NCBI RefSeq assembly: GCF_044704955.1
Contig: NC_091984.1
Span: forward strand, 147,746,001-147,810,000
Direction of reading: 5' to 3'
Source: Pristiophorus japonicus
Taxonomy: Eukaryota
Length of the DNA stretch: 64,000 nucleotides
Shown here: positions 13,300-24,235 of the stretch, in pieces
Layout: each line of letters begins with the position of its first letter
Numbering within the stretch: the first letter of the stretch is position 1
The notes under the pieces: model-generated
Databases searched by the model: none
What the model was told of the DNA's origin: nothing
The model's input: only the letters and a program-made list of their open reading frames with translations
Made by a program: the position numbers and the translations under genes

Positions 13300-13985
13300 C
13301 TTCCAGCGCGAGCTGCTCCAAGTGAGCGATGGCTTCGAGGTGGGTGATTGGGTGATGTCATCAGGACCCAGGTCGGCATTTGGAGCGTGGGCAGAAACAT
13401 CGGCGGACCCAGGTAAAGCAGAGGAGTGGGAAGGTCGCGGGGAGGTGTGGCGAGTGATCGAGGTGGAGGAGCGATTAGGGATCGTGGCTGAGATTCGGTG
13501 GCGGAAGTCCGGCAAATGTTTGGTGCGGAGGTGCGGCGGGAGATCGTGGTGGAGGTCAGGTGACTGTTTGGCGCAGAGGTGCGGCGAGAGATCGTGGCGG
13601 AGGTGCGGCGAATGTTGGTGGCGGAGGAGCGGTGAGGGATCGTGGTGGAGGTGCGGCAAATGAGGGTTCGGGGCCCAAAAGAGCCGAGGGCCCAGGGGCA
13701 GCACGGGCCAGCCCACACTGCGATATGTAAGCACACTGGGTCCGTGCAGAGCAGGCCTCCAGTCATCCGGGTTAATCTTTGCCACTGGATAAAGGCCTAG
13801 CTCTGTCAAGCCCGTGTGGTGGCTGATGTGCAACGGTCACACATGTTAAAAAAAATCCACGCACAGGCATCTTCCAGCCCCTCAATTGGAGTTCAGGACT
13901 GGTCATCGGGTCCTTCATTGAAACATCTGTGAACTCATTTGGAAGCAAGTCATCCTCGTTCGAGGGACCGCCAATGATGATGATG
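13300..13985. repeat. Interspersed non-autonomous repeat with internal degenerate GC-rich tandem units (related copies at about 7330-7520 and 57215-57535)
   Basis: Shared core gcagcacgggccagcccacactgcgatatgtg...; end resembles the RTE-type catcataggcagtccctcg terminus. Confidence 0.65.
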
Positions 13986-14184
13986 AGTAGGTCAGTGAGG
14001 TCAGGGACAGTCGGTCAGTGAGGTGAGAGGTAGTAGGTCAGTGAGGTCAGGGGCAGTAGGTCAGTGAGGTCAGGGTTCATATTGGAGTGAGGCAGGGTAC
14101 GGACACTGCATTTTGGAAAGTTGGGGTTTATGGAGAGCGGATGAAGGAAGCCAGGAGGGGACAACGAAATAATCGAGTTTAGAG

Positions 14185-14375
14185 ATGAGACTGCACACAG
14201 GGAGGTTAAAGTAATAGTGACCTCAGTCTTTATCAAGACACTCCAGAGTGAGGAACAGGCCTTAGGGGCTGGCTTATGTACAGTGCTCCCAAGGGATGCT
14301 GGGATCCCTTGGGACTTCAGGGGATGTGCTCCCTGGTGGCAGAACATGGGAGTGCATGCTTTACAGATACACAAC
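14185..14375 (-). mobile_element. Probable solo-LTR fragment (related piece at about 43735-43915)
   Basis: Begins TGTTG on the - strand, has TATA-like and ATAAA-like signals; shares cccaagggat..tgggat.c.ttgggact.caggggatg with about 43830. Confidence 0.45.
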
Positions 14376-15074
14376 AGAGCCAAGCAGAGCCATGGGTTTC
14401 TTCCATCAAGGGACTGATGTAGGGCGGAGATGGGCAACGTTGGAGATGGAAATAAGAGGATGTGGCGTTCGAAGCTCAGTCTTTGGAGAACCAATAGGAA
14501 GGAGCCATGTTTCCTGGTCTCTAGTGGAGGAGCGGCACCCTTCAGTGAGAAAACCAAGGCCTGTCTGAGGGCAGGTATTGTGACGGTCAGAGGTCCATTT
14601 TGTGGAAGGAGGAAAGGTCAGAGAGACCACAGACATTGTGCTCACCATGGACTCCGCCGCTGAGTGGGGTCAGCGGCCGGAAGGAAGCCCGAGCGTCGCC
14701 GGGGGCGAGGGAGGCACGAGCGTCACCGGGGGGGGGGGCGGGGGGAGGGAGGGAGGCCCGAGCATCGCCGGGGGGGGGGGAGGAGGGAGGGAGGGAGGCC
14801 CGTACTTTAGGGTGAGGAGTGAAGGTCGGGCCCAAACCTGTGGATGGGGCGGGTCGGAGGCTCACAGCCGTTGAGTTCGCCGGGATAGGTTGGTGCAGCT
14901 GAGTCGGCCAATGGGGAGTGAGCAGCGAGGGTCCAGCTGGAGGGACATGGCAGCAGGCAGGTCGACCTGGAAGGTAGGCCGAGGATGGGCGATGCGTAGT
15001 GGGACCTTGCGTACAGGATTTTAGGGATTTAGGGGTCGGTAAAATACTTACACCGCAGTCAATCCACCTACGGC

Positions 15075-15937
15075 CCAAGCACCCAAGGCCCCACCCGACT
15101 GCTGGCCAAGAACGAGGAGACACCCTTCAAGGACACTGAAGCAGTCAGGACCCGCTGGAAGGAACACTTTGAAGATCTCCTTAATCGAGAATCTGCCTTA
15201 GATCTGAGTGTCCTCGACTCCATCCCGCAGCATGCTACCCATCACCTTCTCAGTAAAACCCCAGCCCTGCACGAGGTTGAAAAGGCCATCCATCAGCTGA
15301 AGAACAATAAGGCATCGGGGACAGATGGAATCCCCGCTGAGGCATTAATGTATGGCAGAGCGTCACTATTGACATGAATGCATGACCTCATCTCTCTCAT
15401 CTGGAGGGAGGAGAGCATGCCGGGAGATCGCAGAGATGCAGTAATCGTGATCCATCTTTAAAAAAGGGGACAAGTCCGACTGCGGCAACAGCAGAGGAAT
15501 CTCCCTGTTATCAGCCATTGGGAAAGTCATCGCGAGAATCCTCCTCAACAGTCTTCTCCCTGTGGCTGAGGAGCTCCTGCCGGAGTCACAATGCGGATTC
15601 CGTCCACTACGGAGTACAACGGACATGATATTTACGGCGCGACAACTGCAAGAGAAAAGCAGGGAACAGCACCAACCCTTGTCCATGGCCGCCTTTGACC
15701 TTACAATGGCATTTGACACTGTTAACCGCGAGGGTCTGTGGACCATCCTCCTCCATTTCGGCTGCCCCCAAAAGTTTGTCCCCATTCTCAGCCTGCACCA
15801 CGACGACATGCAAGCCATGGTCCTAACCAACGGATCCATCATAGACGCAATCCACATTCGGACCGGAGTCAAGCAGGGCTGCATTAACGCACAAACCCTA
15901 TTCTCGATCTTCCTGACGACAATGCTCCACCTCACAC
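15075..15937 (+). mobile_element. RTE-clade LINE RT fragment
   Basis: LLPESQCGFRP.RST.DMIF, AFDTVNRE, GVKQGC. Confidence 0.88.
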
Positions 15938-15939
15938 TA

Positions 15940-16320
15940 TTGGAGAACCAATAGGAAGGAGCCATGTATCCTGGTCCCTATTGGAGGAGCAATAGGAAAG
16001 AGTCATGTTTCTTGGTCCCTATTTGGGGATCAACAGGAAGGGGCCATGTTTCCTGGTTCCTATTGGGGGACCAATAGGAAGGTATCATGTTTCACGCGGC
16101 CTATTTGAAGACCAATAGGAAGGAGCCATGTTTCCTGGGCCCTATTCGAGGACCAATAGGAAGGAATCATGGTTCCTGGTCCCTATTGGGGGACCAATAG
16201 GAAGGATCGATGTTTCCTGGTCCCTATTGGGGGATCAAAAGGAAGGAGCCATGTTTCCTGGCCCCTATTGGAGGACCTATAGGAAGGGGCTATGTTTTGT
16301 GGGCCCTATTGGAGAACCAG
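15940..16320. repeat. About 41-bp palindromic minisatellite (about 9 copies)
   Basis: Unit ggaccaataggaaggagccatgtttcctggtccctattgg(g); one unit at about 14483-14530 and inverted units at about 52215-52350. Confidence 0.9.
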
Positions 16321-16857
16321 TGGGATGTGGAGTGTGCATCCTTCCTGTTGTCAATGTTGGATCGTTGGCACCTGATCCCAGCAAAAACCCCTGACCTGGA
16401 GCGGGCCCATGGAAGGGGAAAGGATTCGTAGGTGTTCTGAGTGGACAGGATGGGGCAGTGGGTCAGACCCTGTCCTGTCGCTCCAGCTCACACTGAAGGG
16501 GTGAGGATCTCCTCCCTCTGCTGGGCCTTCATGAAATCAGCTTTCTGTCCAAACTGGTCCCCACTGAGAAAAGGCCCTTAATTGGGCAATAAACAGCCAG
16601 TGTACTGAGAGAGGCCAAGGGATGGCCACTGTGGGGAATGGGGCCTTACTCCAGGAGAATGCATTTTCTGGGGTCAAGGGTTAACATCCATTGATGGGGC
16701 AGGGCACAGGGAGGTTTACTCTGCATTTCAGTGTGCTGCACCGGGGAGTCTGTGGGGAAGGGAGAGTGACACAGAGAGTGAAACGGGGAGAGAGAGGCTA
16801 TGAATCAGAGACAGAGAGGTGTGGAGGAAAGCTGTGAGACATAGGGCAATGAAGGCT

Positions 16858-16897
<40 letters not shown>

Positions 16898-16941
16898 GGG
16901 AGAGGGAGTGGAACCGCGAAGGAGATGGAGGGAGAGAAGAA

Positions 16942-17038
16942 GAGGAAGTGTAAGTTGCTGACGTGGCTTTCTCTGGGTGAAGACATTTACATACTGAGGG
17001 ATGGGCAGTGAGACTCTCTCAGGCTGCAGGTTTATAAA
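16942..17038 (+). promoter_or_regulatory. Ig light-chain V promoter
   Basis: PU-box GAGGAAGTG 16942-16950, CRE-like TGACGT 16959-16964, octamer variant ATTTACAT 16985-16992, TATAAA 17033-17038 about 60 nt before the leader ATG. Confidence 0.8.
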
Positions 17039-17097
17039 GCAGGGCCCAGTGAAGGGCAGTTTATCAGTAAGCAGGCACAGGGACAGGAGCAGACACC

Positions 17098-17146
17098 ATG
17101 ATTTCACCCATCCAGCTGATCTGGCCTCTGGCATTCTGCGTCGCAG
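17098..17146 (+). CDS. IGKV: Ig kappa-type (type III/NS4-like) leader exon, MISPIQLIWPLAFCVA(G)
   Basis: accATG start, hydrophobic 16 codons + G, phase-1 donor G|gtac at 17147; splices in frame to the V exon. Confidence 0.93.
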
Positions 17147-17333
17147 GTACCAATCTCTCTCCTTCCACGTTTAATATCTCCCTGCTGTCGATTTCTGTCC
17201 AACTCTACTGACCAGTGATTGAAGGGAAAATGCTGACACTAGAGGAGAGCTCAGTGTCTCGAGCAATCTCTCATTTTACAGCGTCTTTCTGTGACAGTGC
17301 TTACTTCACTTTCTTTCTCTATTTCCCCCTCAG

Positions 17334-17638
17334 GTATCAGTGGGGACATCATCATGACCCAGTCTCCCCCGGTGCTGTCAGTGAGTGAGGGACAGACTGC
17401 AACCATCACCTGTACCGCCAGTGCATCCGTTAGCAATTATGTTGCTTGGTACCAGCAGAAAGCCGGGCAGAAACCCACTCTGCTGATCTATGCGGCAACA
17501 AATCGTTTCACTGGAACCCCCGATCGCTTCACCGGCAGTTACCAGTCCAACACGTTCACCCTGAGCATCAGCAACGTGCAGAGCGAGGATGTCGCAGACT
17601 ATTACTGTCAGCATGGGCAATACAGCAGCTCCGCTGGA
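17334..17638 (+). CDS. IGKV: Ig kappa-type V exon, germline and unrearranged ([16 protein letters not shown]...TITC...WYQQ...LLIY...[18 protein letters not shown])
   Basis: Polypyrimidine tract + cag acceptor ending 17333; both Cys, WYQQ and DYYC motifs present; no stops; followed directly by an RSS. Confidence 0.97.
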
Positions 17639-17666
17639 CACTGTGATACACAGCCGTACAAAAACC
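17639..17666 (+). other. V recombination signal sequence, 12-bp spacer
   Basis: CACTGTG + atacacagccgt (12 nt) + consensus nonamer ACAAAAACC; V-12/J-23 is the kappa arrangement. Confidence 0.96.
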
Positions 17667-17964
17667 TCAATATACACAGCCCCACCTCCTGTACTGACTC
17701 ACCCCACAGTTATATATAATATATAATAATGGACACACAGCCCCACCTCCTGTACGGTTTTACACATGACTGACACACAGCTCGATGGGAGTGATGGCAG
17801 GAACATTCAGCTGGAAGCTGCAGTGAATTGGGAAAGGATGGAGTGGGTCAGAGAGGAGTTGGGGCTGTGTCTTCATCACTGACAATCTCACAGCTCTACT
17901 CTGTACATTCAGACAGCACGGAGACACTGGGTGGTCCTGTGTCCTCAATCCAAATAATCTCACA

Positions 17965-18750
17965 AACCCCCCACTATTGAGAGGGCCACAACTTATAAAA
18001 CCCAAAGCATAAACATGATAGGACAGTGAACAAGTGAAATGGTCGTGCTCTTTCCCTGCCCATCCCACACTCCAGGCCCTGCGGTGCCCATCCGTCGCAG
18101 AAGGCCTCAGGCCTACCCTGGGCTCCGTCCCCAGGTCCACCCGGGTGTGGAAAAAGCCCCCGAAGGGAGACAGGCAGGCAGTGCGGCCACCCCATGGGCC
18201 CCGTCCAACTGCGACCTGTGGATGGTCACCTCCGACCTGCCCACTCCCCCGGCACTGGGTGACCAGACCCAGGAGCAGGCCCACGGTGAGGCGCTCTGAC
18301 CTGCCCGCTCTCCCTGCACCGGGTGACCAGGCCCAGGAGCAGGCCCACGGGGAGGCCCTCTGACCTGCCCACTCCCCCCGCACCGGGTGACCAGGCCCAG
18401 GAGTGTGGGACTGAAGTGGAGCCAGAAATCGAGGAGCAGCCCCTTCAAATAGTGGAAGAGGGGCTGCATCCTCTCGCACTCCATGTGCACACGAGTCACG
18501 GAATGAGGAAACAGGTTTCTAAAGCCCCTGAAACTCGTTATTTTATAATGATCCCCGAGGAAGGCCTGTGTCAGCAACACAAACATCTCGCTTGCAGACG
18601 GAGCCCGTTGTTCAAGGGGCACAAAGAGGTGAGCCCTGTGTGAGGGGGACTTTCATTCTCCAGCAATTCCGTGGCCCCAGGGTTACCGTCTGATGGGGCG
18701 GGAAGGGCAGCTGGGAGATTTGTCCCAAACACGTTGGATCTCCCGGGCAC
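17965..18750 (-). mobile_element. Tx1-like LINE 3' fragment between V and J, with an internal 64-bp tandem duplication (18231-18403)
   Basis: MECERMQPLFHYLKGLLLDFWLHFSPTLL matches the ORF2 C-terminus at 25317-25985. Confidence 0.85.
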
Positions 18751-18764
18751 TGCCACAGACAGCT

Positions 18765-19034
18765 CGGACACAGGGAGAGGGAGGGAGAGAGAGAGAATGA
18801 GGGAGGGAGGGAGAGTGTGAGTGAAGGAGTGAGAGAAAGAGAGTGAGAGGGAAGGAAAGAGAGACTGAGGGAGAGAGAGAGATAGAGGGAGTGAGTGAGA
18901 GAGGGAGTGAGTGAGGGGAAGATGCAGAGAGAGAGTGAAGGAGAAAGGTGAGAGAGAGAGAAAAAATGAAGGAGAGTGAGAGAGAAACCGAGTGAGCAAC
19001 AGATAGAGTGAGACATGAGAAAGAGACAGAGGGA

Positions 19035-19080
<46 letters not shown>

Positions 19081-19110
19081 GAGAGAGGGGGAGAGAGACT
19101 GAGTGAGCCA
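18765..19110. repeat. (GA)-rich purine tract with (CA)n microsatellite
   Basis: Direct reading; (AC)n at about 19035-19076. Confidence 0.95.
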
Positions 19111-19118
19111 GGGACGGA

Positions 19119-19157
19119 GGATATTGTACAGCCGCTGCACTGGAAGCTGTCACTGTG
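19119..19157 (-). other. J recombination signal sequence, 23-bp spacer
   Basis: GGATATTGT (2 mismatches to GGTTTTTGT) + 23 nt (19128-19150) + consensus CACTGTG 19151-19157. Confidence 0.92.
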
Positions 19158-19192
19158 GCTCACGTTCGGTAAAGGAACCAAGCTCAGACTGA
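19158..19192 (+). CDS. IGKJ: Ig kappa-type J segment (LTFGKGTKLRL)
   Basis: FGxG motif directly after the RSS; phase-1 donor A|gtaagt at 19193. Confidence 0.96.
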
Positions 19193-19289
19193 GTAAGTAA
19201 ACCCCAATGCTCCGTTATTAACACTTTAAATACTGAATCTTTCTAAGACACAAATGCTGAATATGCGAAGGTGTTTGTTTACATATGAT

Positions 19290-22200
19290 TACATTTGATC
19301 CTCCCATCTTTCCTCATCTAAATCTATCAGCATAACCCTCTATTCCCTTCTCCCTCATATCCCTGTCGAGCCTCCCCTTAAATACATCGATACTATTCAC
19401 TTCAATCACTCCCTGTGGTAGCCAGTTCCACATTCTCACCACTCGCTGGGTAAAGAATTTTCTCCTGAATTCCCGATTGGATTTCTTGCTGACTATCTTA
19501 TATTGATGGCCTCTAGTTCTGCTCTTCCCCACAAGTGGAAACACTCTCTCTGTATCCACTCTATCAAATCCTTTCCTAATGTAAAAGAACTCTATCAGGT
19601 CACCCCTCAGCCTCAAGAGAAAAGAGCCCCAGCCTGTTCATCCTTTCCTGATATGTACACCCTCGCATTTCTGGTCCCATCCTTGTAAACCTTCTCTGCA
19701 CCCTCTCCTGTGCCTGTGTATAGTTTATATAATATGGTGGGGAGCTGCGGTGAATGAAAGGCTTAAGTTAAGAGTGCTGTGTATGACAGGGAGCCCGGCT
19801 GTATTCCTTTACCCACACTCCCCCTTCACCCAGCAAAGTATAAGTAACGAACTGTTACCCACCGTGTGGAGGAGATCTGGACGTTGGCACACTGCGGTCC
19901 CATCCCTGCACAATCCCCGGAAATCGCTCCCGAGCCTCCTACCTGTCTCAGTGTGACAGACACGGTGTGTGAGACACGGGCAGAGTGTGGGTGTGAGTGA
20001 GTGAGCTCGCTGGGGGCAGTCTGTGCTCCTGTCACAGTCTCTGATATAACTGAGCTCAGCCTCAGCACACTGACACTCCCGAGGTCCCGCCTCCCCCAGC
20101 TCCAACTCTGATCTGTCCAGCCCCCGCTCACCTCCTGTCCAACTTCTGATCACAAACAGGGGCAGCCGGGCTCGCAATCCAGCGGCTGCAGTGCTCCAGG
20201 GTTGTGGGGAGACTCTCAGTTGCTGTTTCTGTGGCTCGAGTTCAGGCCGATATTTATCCCTCAACCTACATCACTGAAACATAGAAAATAGGAGCAGTAG
20301 TAGGCCATTCGGCCCTTCGAGTCTGCACCGACATTCAATATGATCATGTGTGATCCCCTGTCTCAACACCATATTCCCTCTTTTTCCCTATACCCTTTGA
20401 TGCCTTTTGTAAGCCAAGGGGTAAGCCATTTAGGACCGAGATGAGGAGAAACTTCTTCACCCAGAGAGTGGTGAACCTGTGGAGTTCTCTACCACAGAAA
20501 GTTGTTGAGGCCAATTCACTGAAGATATTCAAAAAGGAGTTACATGAAGTCCTTACTACTAGGGGGATCAAGGGGTATGGAAAGAAAGCAGGAATGGGGT
20601 ACTGAAGTTGCATGTTCAGCCATGAACTCATTGAATGGTGGTGCAGGCTAGAATGGCCGAATGGCCTACTCCTGCACCTATTTTCTATGTTTCTATGTTT
20701 CCAGAAATCCATCTATCTGCCCCTTAAATATATTCAGTGACTTGGCCTCCACAGCCTTCTGTGGTGGAGAATTCCACAGGTTCTCCACCCTCTGAGTGAA
20801 AACATTTCTCCTCATCTCGGTCCTAAATTTCCGACCTCGTATCTGAGATTGTGACCACTTATTCTAAACTTCCCAGCCCGGGAAAGCATCCTCCCCAGAT
20901 CCAGTCTATCCAACCCAGTCATAATTTTATATGTTTCAATGAGATCCCCTCATTCTTCTAAACTCTAGTGACTGCAGGCCCAGTCGACCCAATCTCTCCT
21001 TATACGACAGTCCTGCCATCCCAGGAATCAGTCTGGTGAACCTTCGCTGCACTCCCTCTATGGCAAGGATATCCTTTCTTCAGTAAGGAGACCAAAGCTG
21101 CACATAATACTCCAGGTGCGGTCTCACCAAGGCCCTGTAGTAAGACCTCGTTGCTCAAATAAACCTCTTGCAATGAAGGCCAACGTACCATTTGCTTTCC
21201 TAACTGCTTGCTGCACCTGTATGTTTGCTTTCACTGACTGGTGTACAAGGACACCCAGGTCCCTCTGTACATCGACACTTCACAAACCATCACCATTTAA
21301 ATAATACTTTGTCCTTATGTTTTTCCTACCAAAGTGAGTAACTTCACATTTATCCACAATATGTTACATCTGTCATGTGTTTGCTCACTCACTCAACCTA
21401 TCTAAGTTTCATTGCATCCTCCTCACAACTCATAATCCCATCTAATTTTGTGCTGTCAGCAAACTTGGAAATATTACATTTGGTTCCCTCATTCAAATCA
21501 TTTATTTATATATTGTGAATATCTGGGGCCCAAGCACTGATCCCTGTGGTACCCCACTCGTCACTGCCCGCCACCCTGAAACACACCCATTTATTCCGAC
21601 TGTTTCCTGTCAGTTAACCAATTTTCAATCCATGCCAATACATTACCCACAATCCTATATGCTTTAATCTTGCACATGAACCTCTTTTGTGGGATTTTTA
21701 TCAAAAGCCTTCTGAAAATCCAAATACACAACATCCACTGGTTCTCCATTACCTATTCTATCAGTTCGATCCTCAAAAACTCCAGTAGGTTCCTTTCATA
21801 AATCCACGTGACTGTCTTTAACCCCGTTGATGTTATCTAAGTGCACCGTTATCACATCCTTTATAATAGACTCCAGTATTTTCCCTATTAATGACCGGTC
21901 TGTAGTTCCCCATTCTCTCTCCCTCCTTTTTTAAATAGTGGGGTTACATTTGCCACCCTCCAATCTGCAGGAACTGTTCCATAATCTATAGAATTTTGGA
22001 AGATGACAATCAATGTATCTACTATTTCCATGGCTACCTCTTTTAATACTCTGGGATGCAGATCATCAGACCCTGGGGATTTATCGGCCTTCAGGTCCAT
22101 TAGTTTCTCCAGCACTATTTTCTTACTAATAATCATTTCCTTTAATTCCTCTTGTTCACTGGACCCATGGTTCACGAGTATTTCTGGGAAGTTATTTGTA

Positions 22201-22940
22201 TCCTCCTCCATGAAGAGATCATTTACCTCAGTGCTGTGTGTGGGAGCTTGCTGTGCACAAATTGGCTCCCGTGTTGGCCACATTACAACAGTGACTACAC
22301 TTCAAAATGTACTTCATTGGCTGTGAAGCACTTTGGGACATCCTGAGGTGTGAAAGGTGCTATATAAATGCAGGTCTTTCTTTAATTTCTCTTTTCTTTT
22401 TGTTAATTGGGACTCGCACAATTCCCCTGCTGATTAAACTTGGACCCAGCAGAAAATCCCCAGATCACAGACGAATGTTCCATAAGAACATGGGAATTAG
22501 GAGCAGGAGGAGGCCATTTGGCCCCTCGAGCCTGCTCCACCATTCAATGAGATCATGGCTGATCTTCTACCTCAACTCCACTTTCCTGCACTGTCCCCAT
22601 ATCCATCGATCCCTTAATATCCAAAAATCTATCGATCTCCGGAATATACTCAAGGACTGAGCCTCCACAGCCCTCTGGGGTAGAGAATTCCAGAGATTCA
22701 CCACCCTCTGAATGAAGAGGTTTCTCCTCATCTCAGTCCTAAATGGCCGACCCCTTATTCTGAGAATGTGACCCCTGATTCTAGACTTCCCAGCCAGAGG
22801 AAACATCCTCCCTGCATCGACCCTGTCAAGCCCTGTCCGAATATTGTATGATTCAATGAGATCCCCTCTCATTCTTCGAAACACTAGAGAATATAAGCCT
22901 AATATACTCGATCTCTCCATAGGACAATCCCCCCATCCCA
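19290..22940 (-). mobile_element. Several CR1 fragments in the J-C intron (19290-19740; 20275-22210 with nested + piece 20412-20700; 22480-22940)
   Basis: RLRGDLIE, KSPGSDDLHPRVLKE, FFTQRVV motifs and CR1 tails; 19740-20270 is not CR1. Confidence 0.85.
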
Positions 22941-23184
22941 GATGTCCGTCTGATGTGTCTGCGTGTTTGTCACACGTGACGGAGCAGGAGTTCCACCAGC
23001 AACACAGGACGTTACCTCAGTGCCCGGCCCACTTTCCCCATCCACTTACCACATTCTTACAGGTAAACGGGCTCAGCACCTGCCCTCGGCCGGTGAAATG
23101 TCTCCCCTCTACACCACAGGCTGCCCATCATCTGCTCCCCATCTCACTCCTGAAGGCACTACCTCTGGCTGGGGCTCAGCTCCT

Positions 23185-23590
23185 CTCCCCAAGTGGGCTC
23201 ACTGTCCCAGTGTGAGCCCAGAGACTGAGCTCCCCAAGTGGGCTCACTGTCCCAGTGTGAGCCCAGAGACTGAGCTCCCCAAGTGGCCTCATTGTCCCAG
23301 TGTGAGCCCAGAGACTGAGCTCCCCAAGTGGGCTCACTCTCCCGGTGTGAGCCCAGAGACTGAGCTCCCCAAGTGGGCTCATTGACCCAGTATGAGTCCA
23401 GAGACTGAGCTCCCCAAGTGGCCTCATTGTCCCAGTGTGAGCCCAGAGACTGAGCTCCCCAAGTGGGCTTATTGTCCCAGTGTGAGCCCAGAGACTGAGC
23501 TCCCCAAGTGGCCTCATTGTCTCAGTGTTAGCCCAGAGACTGAGCTCCCCAAGTGGGCTCACTGTCCCAGTGTGAGTCCAGAGACTGAGC
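23185..23590. repeat. 45-bp minisatellite (about 9 copies)
   Basis: Unit gagctccccaagtgggctcactgtcccagtgtgagcccagagact, starts at 23227, 23272 ... 23542. Confidence 0.97.
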
Positions 23591-24235
23591 GTGTCAGGCT
23601 AATCGACCGTGAGGTGTCAGCCGTGGCTCAGTCACTAGCATGCTCGGCTCTGAGAAAAGGAAGATTTGCATTTATATAGCGCCTTTCACGACCACCAGAC
23701 ATCCCAAAGTACTTTACAGCCAATGAAGTACTTTTTGAAGTGTACTCACTGTTGTAATGTGGGAAACTCAGCAGCCAATTTGTGCACAGCAAGCTCCCAC
23801 AAACAGCAATGTGCTGATGACCAAATAACCTGTTTTTGTTATGTTGATTGTGGGATAAATATTGGCCAGGACACCGGAGTTTGATTTGAACCCACAATCT
23901 CTGACTCAGAAGCGAGGGTGGTTCCAACTGAGCCACTGGCTGATACCATTCGGCCCATCGTGTCCGTGCCAGCCGACAAAGATCTATCCAGCCTAATCCC
24001 ACTTTCCAGCTCTGGGTCCGTAGCTCTGTAGGTTACGGCACTTCAAGTGCACATCCAAGTACTTCTTAAATGTGGTGAGGGTTTCTGCCTCTACCACCCT
24101 TTCAGGTAGTGAGTTCCAGACCCCCACCACCCTCTGGGTGAAAAAGATTCTCCTCAACTACCCTCTAATCCTTCTATCAATTACTTTAAATCTGTGACAC
24201 CTGGTTAGTGACCCTACTGCAGAGGGAAATAGGTC

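Noticed and set aside
18571-19181. ORFs of 150-190 aa on the - strand
   Set aside because: Translations of GA/CA microsatellite
17334-19192. Germline-joined VJ gene
   Set aside because: Both RSSs and the intervening DNA are present
15940-23590. 41-bp and 45-bp arrays as CRISPR arrays
   Set aside because: Head-to-tail repeats without unique spacers, no cas genes, vertebrate context
23664-23671. Perfect octamer ATTTGCAT in the intron
   Set aside because: Lies in a SINE tail and is not present in the paralogue at about 35068
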